Of a stretch of 64,000 nucleotides of DNA, positions 19,748 through 29,504 are shown piece by piece; the first letter of the stretch is position 1, and every line of letters begins with the position of its first letter. The notes beneath the pieces are model-generated. The model saw only the letters and a program-made list of their open reading frames with translations, was not told the origin of the DNA and did no database searches. The translations under genes were made by a program, and so were the position numbers. This DNA is from Promethearchaeota archaeon (GTDB lineage Archaea; Asgardarchaeota; Lokiarchaeia; Sigyniarchaeales; SOKP01): assembly GCA_048940765.1 (NCBI GenBank), contig JBHLOG010000003.1, forward strand, positions 456 through 64,455, given 5' to 3'.

Positions 19748-20935
19748 ATGGGAAGAAAAGGAATTAAGGATAAAGTTGCCATTATTGGATGTGATATGAC
19801 GAAATATGGAGAATTATGGAATAAAAATCAATATGACCTTCTCTTTGAAGCTTTTCAAGGTGCGCTTAAAGATACAGGAATTAAGAAAGATGAGATTGAT
19901 GCTAGTTGGGTTGGAATATTCTATTACTTTACTGGGCTTTCTGGAGCTATGGTTGAAGATATTCTAAGATTAGATGGTAAACCTTCTACTAGAGTCGAAA
20001 ATTATTGTGCTAGTGGAATGGACGCATTTAGAAATGCCTCATTTGCTATCGCATCAGGAGCATATGATGTTGCACTTGCTTGTGGAGTAGAAAAGTTAAT
20101 GGATGAGGGTGGTAGTGGCCTCCCAGGTTTTAAGCTTTTTGGACACCCATTATATCCAACTCCATCAGCACCAGCAATGTTCTCTATGGCTGCAACAAGA
20201 AGTTTTCATGAATACGGATGGACAAAGGAAGATTTAGCTCGAGTTGCTGTAAAAAATCATGATAATGGAGCTGAACATCCTAAAGCCCATTTCCGAAGTA
20301 GAATTACTATCGATCAAGTAATGAAAGCACCTATGATTGCAGATCCACTTGGTCGCTTTGATTGTTGTGCAATGAGTGATGGGGCTGCTGCTCTTATATT
20401 GACCAGACCAGAATTAGCTGAAAGCTATGCTCATGCTGACGATTATATATTAGTTAAAGCTAATGCTATTTCATGTCAAACTAATTTTCCATGGTATGTT
20501 CCTCCAGGAGGTCCTGGAGCAGAATTTACGCATTTTCCTGCAACTGAAAAAGCTGGAGAATATGCTTATAAGGAAGCAGGAATTACAGATCCTCGGAAAG
20601 AAATTGATTGTGCTGAAGTTCATGATTGTTTTACCATTACTGAGCTTTTGAATTGCCAAGATTTAAAATTTTGTGAAAGAGGAAAGGCTGCTGAAGAATT
20701 AAAAAATGGAACATTTAATTGGGATGGTGAAATTGCTGTTAATCCTTCTGGAGGATTGAAAAGTTTTGGTCATCCTATAGGAAGTACAGGATGTCGAATG
20801 TTGACAGAAATTACTAAACAACTCCAAGGAAGAGCTGAAGGAAGGCAAGTCCCAGATGCGAAAGTTGGATTATGCCATAATTTGGGTGGAGCATTTACTG
20901 TTTGTTCCGTAACGGTTTTAGGTCAAAGAGATTAA
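19748..20935 (+). CDS. Thiolase (SCP2/archaeal acetyl-CoA acetyltransferase type)
   Basis: VENYCASG, AEVHDCF, NPSGGLKSFGHPIGSTG, HNLGG; SD GGAGGT. Confidence 0.93.
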   Translation: MGRKGIKDKVAIIGCDMTKYGELWNKNQYDLLFEAFQGALKDTGIKKDEIDASWVGIFYYFTGLSGAMVEDILRLDGKPSTRVENYCASGMDAFRNASFAIASGAYDVALACGVEKLMDEGGSGLPGFKLFGHPLYPTPSAPAMFSMAATRSFHEYGWTKEDLARVAVKNHDNGAEHPKAHFRSRITIDQVMKAPMIADPLGRFDCCAMSDGAAALILTRPELAESYAHADDYILVKANAISCQTNFPWYVPPGGPGAEFTHFPATEKAGEYAYKEAGITDPRKEIDCAEVHDCFTITELLNCQDLKFCERGKAAEELKNGTFNWDGEIAVNPSGGLKSFGHPIGSTGCRMLTEITKQLQGRAEGRQVPDAKVGLCHNLGGAFTVCSVTVLGQRD

Positions 20936-20975
20936 AGGAAAAAAAATTTTTTTTTATTTTTTATTTAAGAATTCT

Positions 20976-21368
20976 TTATTCAATCCCTATTCGTTTGGTC
21001 AACTTTACTAAAAGGAAGATAACAAACGCTACAATTATAAAGGTGATTAATTCACTAATGAATAAAGTAGCGTTAAAAAATAATGGATATGATGCGGGGT
21101 CTGCATTAACTGTTGATTCTTTTAGAAAACCAATTAGTAAGAAAAGGTTATTGAGAATTGGTGAGATAAATGCTTGTACTATGGCAGAAACGAGTCGACC
21201 AAGGTAAAGAGCCATGATGAATGCAACGGCAAGTCCCATTACTTTATATTTCTTGATAAATTCTTTGAATTCCTGAAGTAAATTTTTTGGTGGTGGAGGT
21301 GGAGGAGGAGGACTGAGAACTTCTCTAATCTTTTTTAATTCTTCTAACATCTCATTTTCTTTTGACAT
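20976..21368 (-). CDS. mscL: Large-conductance mechanosensitive channel with N-terminal helix plus poly-Pro
   Basis: EFKEFI...VMGLAVAFIM (S1/TM1) and FISELITFIIVAFVIFLLVK (TM2). Confidence 0.88.
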   Translation of the reverse strand: MSKENEMLEELKKIREVLSPPPPPPPPKNLLQEFKEFIKKYKVMGLAVAFIMALYLGRLVSAIVQAFISPILNNLFLLIGFLKESTVNADPASYPLFFNATLFISELITFIIVAFVIFLLVKLTKRIGIE

Positions 21369-21582
21369 ATTTTTTCACTCCTTAGTCTAAATTATTAATA
21401 CAAGTTCTTTTTTTCTTAGAAAAAGTAAGTTAAGACTTTTTTAATTGTATTTAAAGCTTATCTCTAGATTTTAGAAAAAATTAATCAAAATACAACTATG
21501 ATTTCATTTTTAGATTTTTCTCAATTGAACAAAATAAAAATAATTAAAAAATTATTTAATTTTAAATTAATTTCATTTAATT

Positions 21583-22437
21583 ATGAGTATTACTTCTTTC
21601 AATAAATTCCAAGGAGACGTAAAGACTGAAAAGGTTAAATATCTTGCAGACCCACAACTTAGAAATATTGTGAATGTGGCAATTGCACTTGGTCGTCCCC
21701 TATTAGTTAAAGGAGAACCAGGAACAGGAAAAACAATGCTTGCTCATGCAATAGCTGAGAGTCTAGGAAAAAATTTGATTATTTGGAATATTAAAAGCAC
21801 AACCGAAGCTATTGATGGTTGTTATATGTATGATACGGTACAAAGATTGAATGATAGCAGATTTGGTTGTGAAGATCGAGATGTTAATAATATCCACGAC
21901 TACTTAACCGTAGGACCACTTGGAGAAGCTTTTGTTTCTGATGAACAAGTAGTTATCTTACTAGATGAGATTGATAAGGCTGATATTGAGTTTCCAAATG
22001 ATTTATTACAAGAATTAGATGTTATGGAGTTTTACATTAAGGAAACAAAAGAATTTGTCAAAGCAAAAACTAGACCGATTGTAATAATCACTTCAAATAA
22101 TGAAAAAGAACTGCCTGATGCATTTTTAAGAAGATGTGTATTTCATTGGATTGAATTTCCCTCAAAAGAATTCATGGCTCAGATATGTAAATTACATTAT
22201 CCTAATTTAAAGCAAAACTTATTAGATCAATGTTTACAACATTTTTATGCTTTAAGAGCAATTACAAAACTAAGGAAAATGCCCTCAACCTCCGAACTTC
22301 TTGATTGGATAGGAGTTCTATTGAAAAGTGGTATCTCAATAGAAGAATTGAAAAAAGAGATTCCATTTTTAGGAGTTTTAATCAAAAAAGAAAAAGATTT
22401 TGAAATAGTCTTAGACAAAATCAAGTTTCCAACTTAA
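21583..22437 (+). CDS. MoxR/CoxD-type AAA+ ATPase
   Basis: RPLLVKGEPGTGKT, LLDEIDKAD, ITSNNEKELPDAFLRRC. Confidence 0.92.
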   Translation: MSITSFNKFQGDVKTEKVKYLADPQLRNIVNVAIALGRPLLVKGEPGTGKTMLAHAIAESLGKNLIIWNIKSTTEAIDGCYMYDTVQRLNDSRFGCEDRDVNNIHDYLTVGPLGEAFVSDEQVVILLDEIDKADIEFPNDLLQELDVMEFYIKETKEFVKAKTRPIVIITSNNEKELPDAFLRRCVFHWIEFPSKEFMAQICKLHYPNLKQNLLDQCLQHFYALRAITKLRKMPSTSELLDWIGVLLKSGISIEELKKEIPFLGVLIKKEKDFEIVLDKIKFPT

Positions 22438-22655
22438 ATTTTTATAAAAATTGTGTATATATTATTAAACTAAAAAAAAAATTTAATTATTCATATTTTG
22501 GGCTTGTTGTATAAAAAGATTACTTTATCAAAATTGTAATAAAATCAAACAATGTAATCAAGATATTAAAACAGAAGAAGAAGGATTTGTGAATTTTAAA
22601 AATAATTTAAATCCTTAATATACCTAAATTTCAAAGTTAGATATTTGGGACTAAT

Positions 22656-23600
22656 ATGACTATTTTTATTTATAGAGGTAGTAATATAGATTTTAAATAC
22701 AAATATCGTACTATTTCTGTGGATCATCTAGAAGAGCTCCAAGAAGATATCGATAAATTACATCGAGAAGGAAAACTCAGCGATAATGAAGTTTATAGGA
22801 GTTATATTGATACTAAAAAGTTTGAACTCCCTAAAACACTCCCTAACGCCAAATCAATAATAATAATTGCAATCTTTAGTAGATTAGCATTAGTGAATTT
22901 TCATTTAAATGGTAAAAATCATGAAGTTATGATACCTCCAAATTATTATGACGATGGATCTACTTTAGAAGACTTTAAAAATCTAATATTGAATGATATT
23001 ATAAAAAAACCGGGATATCAAGTTGAGTTCACTAATAAACTTCATTTGAAATTATTAGCAGTTAGAAGTGGACTTGGAAAATATGGTAGGAATAATATTT
23101 GCTATGTTGATGAATGGGGAAGTATGATAAATTTATTTGCTTTTTTTACCGATTTTCAATTTAAAGAAGATAATTGGACAGATGTAAAGATGATGGATCT
23201 TTGTAAGGGATGTATATTTTGTATAAAAAATTGTCCCACTAATGCAATCCCTTCATCCTCAGATGAGAATTTTGTAATTAATGCAGGAAAATGCATTTCT
23301 GTTTATAATGAAATTCCAGGTATAATTCCAAATTGGATAAATCCTAATGACCATAATGCATTAATCGGATGTATGAGATGCCAAAAACATTGTCCGGGTA
23401 ATCATGAAGTAATCACGATAACAGCGAGACTTGAGGATATTTCAGAAGAGGAAACTAAAATGATATTAGATGGAATTAACAATGAAAAATTGATAAATTC
23501 CTTATCAAAAAAGCTTAAAATGTTCGTTCCAGCTAATGCAGATAGAATAATTCCTGTTATTAAAAGAAATTTAGAACTATTAATAAAGCAAAAACATTAG
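22656..23600 (+). CDS. QueG/reductive-dehalogenase-like Fe-S protein
   Basis: LAVRSGLGKYGRNN, CKGCIFCIKNCPTNA, CIS, GCMRCQKHCP. Confidence 0.75.
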   Translation: MTIFIYRGSNIDFKYKYRTISVDHLEELQEDIDKLHREGKLSDNEVYRSYIDTKKFELPKTLPNAKSIIIIAIFSRLALVNFHLNGKNHEVMIPPNYYDDGSTLEDFKNLILNDIIKKPGYQVEFTNKLHLKLLAVRSGLGKYGRNNICYVDEWGSMINLFAFFTDFQFKEDNWTDVKMMDLCKGCIFCIKNCPTNAIPSSSDENFVINAGKCISVYNEIPGIIPNWINPNDHNALIGCMRCQKHCPGNHEVITITARLEDISEEETKMILDGINNEKLINSLSKKLKMFVPANADRIIPVIKRNLELLIKQKH

Positions 23601-23702
23601 AAAATAGATTTTGAACTTACTATTTCGATATATCCTTTTTAATGTAAAGCTAATTCTATCTTCAATTTAATTTTAAAAAAATAAAGGAAAAAAATTAGAA
23701 AG

Positions 23703-23894
23703 CTATTTCTTTAATTTTACGAAGCAATCATCGCAAAAAAAAATTCTTCTCAGTTTAGACGCATCCCAAACCATATGTCCTTTCTTATATTTTGTTTCAC
23801 ATCCCCAACACATCTTAAATAATTTGGTGTCAACAAGATATTCATCCTTTATATTAAAATTATCGTCCTTTATTATCTCTTTATAACTTTTCAT
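23703..23894 (-). CDS. Small CxxC...CxxC zinc-finger protein
   Basis: CWGC and CDDC in 63 aa; preceded by paired palindromes and a TATA-like box. Confidence 0.55.
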   Translation of the reverse strand: MKSYKEIIKDDNFNIKDEYLVDTKLFKMCWGCETKYKKGHMVWDASKLRRIFFCDDCFVKLKK

Positions 23895-23925
23895 TTTCTC
23901 TGCTCTCTCTTTAGATTAACAATTC

Positions 23926-23999
23926 TGAATAATTATCCATCACTATTCATTATGTAATAGATATTAATACTTAATTTAAGTATTATGAATGATCATTCA
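23926..23999. promoter_or_regulatory. Paired TGAAT-N4-ATTCA-type operators
   Basis: TGAATAATTATCCA at 23926-23939 and perfect palindrome TGAATGATCATTCA at 23986-23999. Confidence 0.65.
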
Positions 24000-24063
24000 A
24001 AAAATATATAAATTATATATTATTTTTAAATAAAATAAAACAAAAATAATAAAAAGAAAAAGT

Positions 24064-24453
24064 GTGAGAAAGATAAATAGAATAATTGGAATTCCTTCTG
24101 ATGGTGCTGAATTATCAGATAATATATCACCTCATTTTGGTCATTGTAGGTATTTCATTGGAGTTGAAATTTATAACGGTAATCAATTTAAAAAGACATT
24201 TACATTACCAAATGAAGGTCATATGGGGTGTATGGACCCTGTATTGAATATGAAACAACGAAATGTTACAGATATGATTTTAACAGGTATCGGGATGCGC
24301 CCGTTTATGGGTTTCCAACAAGTCAATATCAATTTACATCAAAGTGTAAATACAAGCATTGAGGAAAATATTAGATTATTTATTCAAAAAAAATTACACC
24401 CAATGGGAAATGCTAGTTGTAAAAGTCATTCTAATCATGCTCACACTTTTTAA
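24064..24453 (+). CDS. NifB/NifX (dinitrogenase FeMo-cofactor biosynthesis-like) family protein
   Basis: ISPHFGHCRYF, GIGMRP. Confidence 0.85.
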   Translation: MRKINRIIGIPSDGAELSDNISPHFGHCRYFIGVEIYNGNQFKKTFTLPNEGHMGCMDPVLNMKQRNVTDMILTGIGMRPFMGFQQVNINLHQSVNTSIEENIRLFIQKKLHPMGNASCKSHSNHAHTF

Positions 24454-24493
24454 AACAAAATAATAAAAATAGATAAAAAATAGATGAGATTAA

Positions 24494-25003
24494 ATGCCAA
24501 GTTTTAAAGAAACTTATGGAGCCGTTAAGGCTGATTGGAATGCAGGAGAAAAGAACTTTAATATTGAATGTGATATGCTTTCTGAAGGGATGCAAGTTAA
24601 ATGTATCATGGGTAATCCTGGAGGAGAACCATTTGAGCTACTAATTGATGCTCCTGCAGGATTGGATGGGACAAATAAAGGACCTTCTCCTTTATTAGTG
24701 ATATTATCCTCAATTGGAGCCTGTATTATTGCTGTGACTAAATTTTGGGCTAAAATAATGGACATAAAAATAGAAGAATTGAAAGTTTTTTCACGTGGAC
24801 ACATTAATTTAGGAGCTATTTTTGGAATTGATGATTCAAAATTAGCGGGATATGACAAATTGGAACCTGTTATCAGAATTAAAGCCGATGCTCCTGAAGA
24901 AAAAATAAATGAATTAATGGATAAAGTATTTACCCATTGTCCTGTTATTACTAACTTCAGTGGAGCGTCCAATATTACCCCAAAAGTACAAATTCGAAAA
25001 TAA
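24494..25003 (+). CDS. OsmC-like protein
   Basis: DAPAGLDGTNKGPSP, IGAC, HCPV. Confidence 0.85.
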   Translation: MPSFKETYGAVKADWNAGEKNFNIECDMLSEGMQVKCIMGNPGGEPFELLIDAPAGLDGTNKGPSPLLVILSSIGACIIAVTKFWAKIMDIKIEELKVFSRGHINLGAIFGIDDSKLAGYDKLEPVIRIKADAPEEKINELMDKVFTHCPVITNFSGASNITPKVQIRK

Positions 25004-25083
25004 ACATTATCTTCTCTTTTTTCTTTTTTTCTTTTAACTTAGAAATTGATTCTTTTAATTCATAATATTTATAAGTAATTTTT

Positions 25084-25521
25084 ATGGAAAATGAAAAACT
25101 CTTTCCTATTAGCATAAATTCGAACTTATGTGTCCGATGTCAACGATGCGCTTACAGTTGTCCAAATAAAGCTATATTCTTCAGGGAATCTATGCGTTAT
25201 GTGGATTATGATAAATGCAAAGGATGCTTAAAATGTGTGGATGTATGTGAACATGGTGCTATTGAAGTTATTTCGATTAGTGAAGGAAAATTGATTGGTT
25301 TTAGTATTGATCAAGAAAAATGCAATCTATGTAAATTATGCTTAAAGGACAACTTTTGCTTTCAAACTTTATTTCAACTTAAAAAAGATGAAAAACAAGG
25401 GAAAGAATTAATCATTTTTTATGATGTGAACCTTTCTCAATGTTTTAAATGTTTAAAATGCTTTAAAATTTGTCCCAACAATGCTATTCTACCAAAAATT
25501 ATTGAACCTAAAGTTAAATAA
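25084..25521 (+). CDS. Polyferredoxin (about four 4Fe-4S motifs)
   Basis: CVRCQRCAYSCP, CKGCLKCVDVC, CNLCKLC, CFKCLKCFKICP. Confidence 0.9.
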   Translation: MENEKLFPISINSNLCVRCQRCAYSCPNKAIFFRESMRYVDYDKCKGCLKCVDVCEHGAIEVISISEGKLIGFSIDQEKCNLCKLCLKDNFCFQTLFQLKKDEKQGKELIIFYDVNLSQCFKCLKCFKICPNNAILPKIIEPKVK

Positions 25522-25621
25522 TTAAATTACCAACAAGAAATTTTTATTAAAATATATATTTTCTATTTCAATTCTCATCTATAGATTCAAAATCAAATGT
25601 TATAAAAGATCATAGTTAAAA

Positions 25622-25831
25622 TTGAAAACCAAAAATAAGATTTGTAAATGGTATCCAGTTTGTCCAATTAAGTATTTTGTTGATCATGGCAAACTTGATC
25701 GAAAATGGGTTGATGAATATTGCTTAGTTGGCAATAAAAATTGTGTTAGATATGAACTAGAAGAAAGCGGAAAATTTCATCCTGATAATATGTTGCCTAA
25801 TGGTGAAATTAAGAAAGACCTTAATTACTGA
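25622..25831 (+). CDS. Small Cys-rich protein
   Basis: CKWYPVCP...YC...CVRY...HPDNMLPNG; coherent 69 aa ORF within the metal-cluster locus. Confidence 0.7.
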   Translation: MKTKNKICKWYPVCPIKYFVDHGKLDRKWVDEYCLVGNKNCVRYELEESGKFHPDNMLPNGEIKKDLNY

Positions 25832-25851
25832 CCGATTTATTATTATAATAG

Positions 25852-26262
25852 TTATTCTTTATGGAAATGATGTTGTTCATAACTATCATCAGCATCAGTA
25901 TGAATTTTTTCAACCCCATATCCTTTACCCCCTCCTGGAGAACATAGACTCTCTCCTCCCTCTAAAGTTCCATCCAGTATTTTTTCGATAACTTCATTAA
26001 TTTTCCCTGTAATTCCTACAATAACCTCAATTCCATATTGGTTAAAAAAAGCTTCAGCTCTTCGTCCCATTCCTCCTGCGATCATATAATTTGCTCCTTG
26101 TTGATGTACAAATTGTGGTATGCTTCCTACAGAATGTCCAGGATTTGGAAGTACTTTTTTGTCTACCACCGTATTATTTTCAATTGTAACAAAAGTAAAT
26201 TCTGGAGCTCGACCAAAGTGAGCACAAACATTTCCTGAATCAGTACTAATAGCTATTTTCAT
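25852..26262 (-). CDS. NifB/NifX family protein with His-rich tail
   Basis: MKIAIST...HFGRAPEF, GGMGRRA. Confidence 0.88.
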   Translation of the reverse strand: MKIAISTDSGNVCAHFGRAPEFTFVTIENNTVVDKKVLPNPGHSVGSIPQFVHQQGANYMIAGGMGRRAEAFFNQYGIEVIVGITGKINEVIEKILDGTLEGGESLCSPGGGKGYGVEKIHTDADDSYEQHHFHKE

Positions 26263-26318
26263 TTTTTTTCACTTTATTATATATATTTATTATTAGTATA
26301 CAATTATATTTATAATTA

Positions 26319-26334
26319 ATGAATAATTATTCAT
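26319..26334. promoter_or_regulatory. Perfect palindrome ATGAATAATTATTCAT
   Basis: Between the divergent NifX-like and DUF134 genes, adjacent to a minus-strand TATA-like TTATAAAT. Confidence 0.7.
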
Positions 26335-26512
26335 AATAAGAGAAATTATTTTTTACTTGCAAACTAGGTTAAGGTAAGAAGCTGTTTAAAAAAATATTTC
26401 ATATTATTTTTTTTTAATAATTTTGAATAATTAATAATAAAAATCTGAATTAATAATTTTACATAATGAATCAATTATAACTATTATTAAATCTTTTTTT
26501 TGGTGATTCGAA

Positions 26513-26932
26513 ATAGGAAGAAGAAGACACCGACGATGGGTTAATCAACCGCCTAATAATTTTTATTTTACTCAAGAATCACCTAGAATGGAAGATTGTA
26601 TAACATTAACAGTTGCTGAATTCGAAGCTATGCGATTAAAACATTATTTAGGTTTGAATCAAAAAGATTCAGCAGAAAGAATGGGTATAAGCCAACCTAC
26701 CTTCTCAAGAATACTTGAAAGTGCACACACAAAAAATACTTTAGCTTTAGTTGAGGGGAAAGGTATTAAAGTCTATGGTGGTAACTTTGACTATAAATTA
26801 AGCTTTAAGGGATATGGATGTCTAAATTGTAATCATGAATGGGAAGATCCTAATGCATCCAAAGATCGAAAAGTTATTTGTGTGAAATGTAATTCTAACA
26901 ATGTCTATTACTTTGAAAGAGCATTTATTTAG
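26513..26932 (+). CDS. DUF134 (UPF0251) HTH DNA-binding protein with C-terminal zinc ribbon; probable ATA start
   Basis: EFEAMRLKHYLGLNQKDSAERMGISQPTFSRIL; upstream in-frame GRRRHRRWVNQPP matches the basic DUF134 N-terminus; GGTGA 6 nt before ATA 26513. Confidence 0.85.
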   Translation: MGRRRHRRWVNQPPNNFYFTQESPRMEDCITLTVAEFEAMRLKHYLGLNQKDSAERMGISQPTFSRILESAHTKNTLALVEGKGIKVYGGNFDYKLSFKGYGCLNCNHEWEDPNASKDRKVICVKCNSNNVYYFERAFI

Positions 26933-26975
26933 AATCAGATTTTATTTGAAATAATTTAGAATAAGAGAAATAATC

Positions 26976-27905
26976 TTATTGAAAATTGTTCCATAATATT
27001 GCTTTTAAATTTTTATAAATATTTTTAATCGATAAACTTGCTTCAGAATCAGGAGCAAATTCCACAACTGGTTCAGCATAAGACATTGCTTTCGGTATTG
27101 ATAAATCAAAGGGAATGCTTCCTAATTTTCTATATCCGGTTTCAGCAATGTATCTTTTAAATTCTTCATGGAAAGAGCTCTTTAAATCAGATTTATTTAT
27201 GATTAATCCAAAAGGAATTCTAAAATGCTGAATGACTTCTATTACTCGTATTAGATCATGTAATCCTGAAGGTGTGGGCTCAGTAATAGCAATAACATAA
27301 TCTAAATTTGAAATAGTCGCAATTACTGGACAACCAATTCCAGGGGGACCATCTATTAAAATTAAATTACTAGTAGTAATTTCTTTTAAATTGTTTAGAT
27401 ATTCTTTAACATCTGAAACTAATTTTCCAGAGGTAGTACTACCTAATTGAGTTTTTCCATAAGTTAAGGGAAATCCCATTTTACTCTTATATGAAACAAT
27501 TTCACCACTTTTTACAGGATGTATTTCAAATGCATTTTCTGGACATAAAACTTTACACGCTCCACAACCTTCACATTTTAAAAAGTCAACTATTGGAATT
27601 GAATTTTGACTATCCCACTTTAAAGCATTAAATTCGCAAAAGTGGTCATCAATACATTGTTTACAATATATACATTGTTCTTCTAGAAATTCTGCTTTTC
27701 TCGTAGTGTATGTGTCTTCCTTTTCTATTGATGATTCATCCTCAGGAGGAAGAATAATAGCTAAGTTTGGAGCATCAACATCACAATCTAATACGATAAC
27801 TTGCGTTGTTAAATCTTTCTTTGCCAGTGTTGCTAATGAAGCAGTTATTGTTGTTTTACCTACACCTCCTTTCCCCGAAACTATACCTACTAATTTTCGA
27901 TTCAT
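26976..27905 (-). CDS. MinD-family P-loop ATPase with inserted 4Fe-4S domain
   Basis: SGKGGVGKT, DCDVDAPNL, two ferredoxin motifs, DGPPGIGCP, EPTPSG. Confidence 0.9.
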   Translation of the reverse strand: MNRKLVGIVSGKGGVGKTTITASLATLAKKDLTTQVIVLDCDVDAPNLAIILPPEDESSIEKEDTYTTRKAEFLEEQCIYCKQCIDDHFCEFNALKWDSQNSIPIVDFLKCEGCGACKVLCPENAFEIHPVKSGEIVSYKSKMGFPLTYGKTQLGSTTSGKLVSDVKEYLNNLKEITTSNLILIDGPPGIGCPVIATISNLDYVIAITEPTPSGLHDLIRVIEVIQHFRIPFGLIINKSDLKSSFHEEFKRYIAETGYRKLGSIPFDLSIPKAMSYAEPVVEFAPDSEASLSIKNIYKNLKAILWNNFQ

Positions 27906-27930
27906 AATCCATTCCCATTTTAAATATTAA

Positions 27931-28851
27931 TTAGTTATTTTCTAACCATCTTTTTAAATTATTATAAATTTTAGTAAAAGCAATATAACCAGCCCCCTCC
28001 TTATTAAATTTATTATTATTCTCCATAATGGGTGTCCCTTGACAGTACGATTCTACGATATCAGAATCTAACGGAATATCACCTAAAATCTTTATGTTTT
28101 CTTTCTCTAGTTCATTTAAAAATTGTTCTCTGAATCCTAATAATGAAGATCTATTAACAATCACGCGAGATTCTTTACCTAATAGTTTTATCAATTCCAT
28201 TATTCTGATTAAATCTAGTTTACCAAATTTAGTTGGCTCTGTTATAGGAATTATTATATCTGCATTAGCAATTAAAAGTTCAACATCACAATGAGCCCCT
28301 GGAGCAGTATCTAAAATGATATAATCAAATTTTTCAGGTTCATTTTCAAGAATTACCTCGAGTTCTTGAAGAAGAGCTTCTACAATCGCAGCTGAGCGTG
28401 CTTCTGAAGGCTTTAATTCACCAAGGTATAGGGAGAGTCCATTAATTTTTGTTGAATAAATCCATCCTATTGTTTTTGAATCTGCCTCAATTGCATTTTC
28501 TGGACAAATTTTGTAACATAACTGACATCCGGAACAAACGGTTAATATTGGAATTGGAAAAGCTTCTTTAATGTGTAGAAGAGCGTTTGATAAACAATTT
28601 TGAGCACATAAACCACATTTAGTGCATTTATCTTCAATAATATTAGGTTTGAAAAATGGAACATCTCTTTTGTTTTCAAGCCTTCCATTTAATAATAAAT
28701 ATGTATTAGGGTTCTCTACATCACCATCTATGAGAAGCACGTTATTTCCTTCATTCTTGAACATGACAGCAAGATTTACGGCACATAAAGTCTTACCAGT
28801 CCCTCCTTTTCCCCCTGTTATACAAATTATTCTGGATTTCTTGCTACTCAT
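27931..28851 (-). CDS. MinD-family P-loop ATPase with inserted 4Fe-4S domain (paralogue)
   Basis: GGKGGTGKT, DGDVENPN, CTKCGLC, CSGCQLCYKICP, DTAPGAHC, EPTKFG. Confidence 0.9.
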   Translation of the reverse strand: MSSKKSRIICITGGKGGTGKTLCAVNLAVMFKNEGNNVLLIDGDVENPNTYLLLNGRLENKRDVPFFKPNIIEDKCTKCGLCAQNCLSNALLHIKEAFPIPILTVCSGCQLCYKICPENAIEADSKTIGWIYSTKINGLSLYLGELKPSEARSAAIVEALLQELEVILENEPEKFDYIILDTAPGAHCDVELLIANADIIIPITEPTKFGKLDLIRIMELIKLLGKESRVIVNRSSLLGFREQFLNELEKENIKILGDIPLDSDIVESYCQGTPIMENNNKFNKEGAGYIAFTKIYNNLKRWLENN

Positions 28852-28890
28852 AAGAGATATCTTTCATTTTCTAATTTGCTGATAGTGCGT

Positions 28891-29334
28891 CTAAGGTGGA
28901 TTCCCTCTTCCCATTCCTCTTCCACCGCCACCCATTCTCCTTCCACCACCGCCCATTCCATAGTGTGATGCGACATTTGAAGTAGTAATGGTCTGTAATT
29001 TTCCTTCTAAATAGAGATTCATGACTTCCTTTATTGTTATTGCTTGATTTGGACCTTGGAAAATTTGTATATTTAATGCATTAAGTCCACTAGCAGCATT
29101 AGGACCTAAAAAACCTACTATAATGGCATTAGCACCATTATTACCAATTATTTGAGTTGCTTGTACACCAGCTCCTCCCATTGCATTAGCTGCTGGATTT
29201 GGAACCGTTTTTACTGCTTTAATTTCGTTATTTTCAATTTCAACGAATGTGAAACTTGCACATCTCCCAAAACGAGGACTCATCTGATCATTTAAACCTC
29301 CCTTACCCAATGAAGGAATTGCTATAATACTCAT
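28891..29334 (-). CDS. NifB/NifX family (orange-protein-like) with Gly/Arg tail
   Basis: RFGRCASF, GGAGVQA, GPNA, GMGGGGRRMGGGGRG. Confidence 0.88.
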   Translation of the reverse strand: MSIIAIPSLGKGGLNDQMSPRFGRCASFTFVEIENNEIKAVKTVPNPAANAMGGAGVQATQIIGNNGANAIIVGFLGPNAASGLNALNIQIFQGPNQAITIKEVMNLYLEGKLQTITTSNVASHYGMGGGGRRMGGGGRGMGRGNPP

Positions 29335-29381
29335 TTTTTTCTAACCTTTTTATTTAATGTTTAAATCATAAGTTTTTAATT

Positions 29382-29401
29382 TAATGAATAATTATTCATT
29401 A
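29382..29401. promoter_or_regulatory. Perfect 20-bp palindrome TAATGAATAATTATTCATTA
   Basis: Between the divergent NifX-MinD-MinD and mrp-iscU-rSAM units. Confidence 0.75.
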
Positions 29402-29504
29402 TTAATAAATAACAAAATTTGAAAATATATAAATTTAACCATTAAATCTGATTACAATTAAGAGGTGCAAGAATATTCAAGATAAAGAAATTCCAGATAT
29501 CGAT

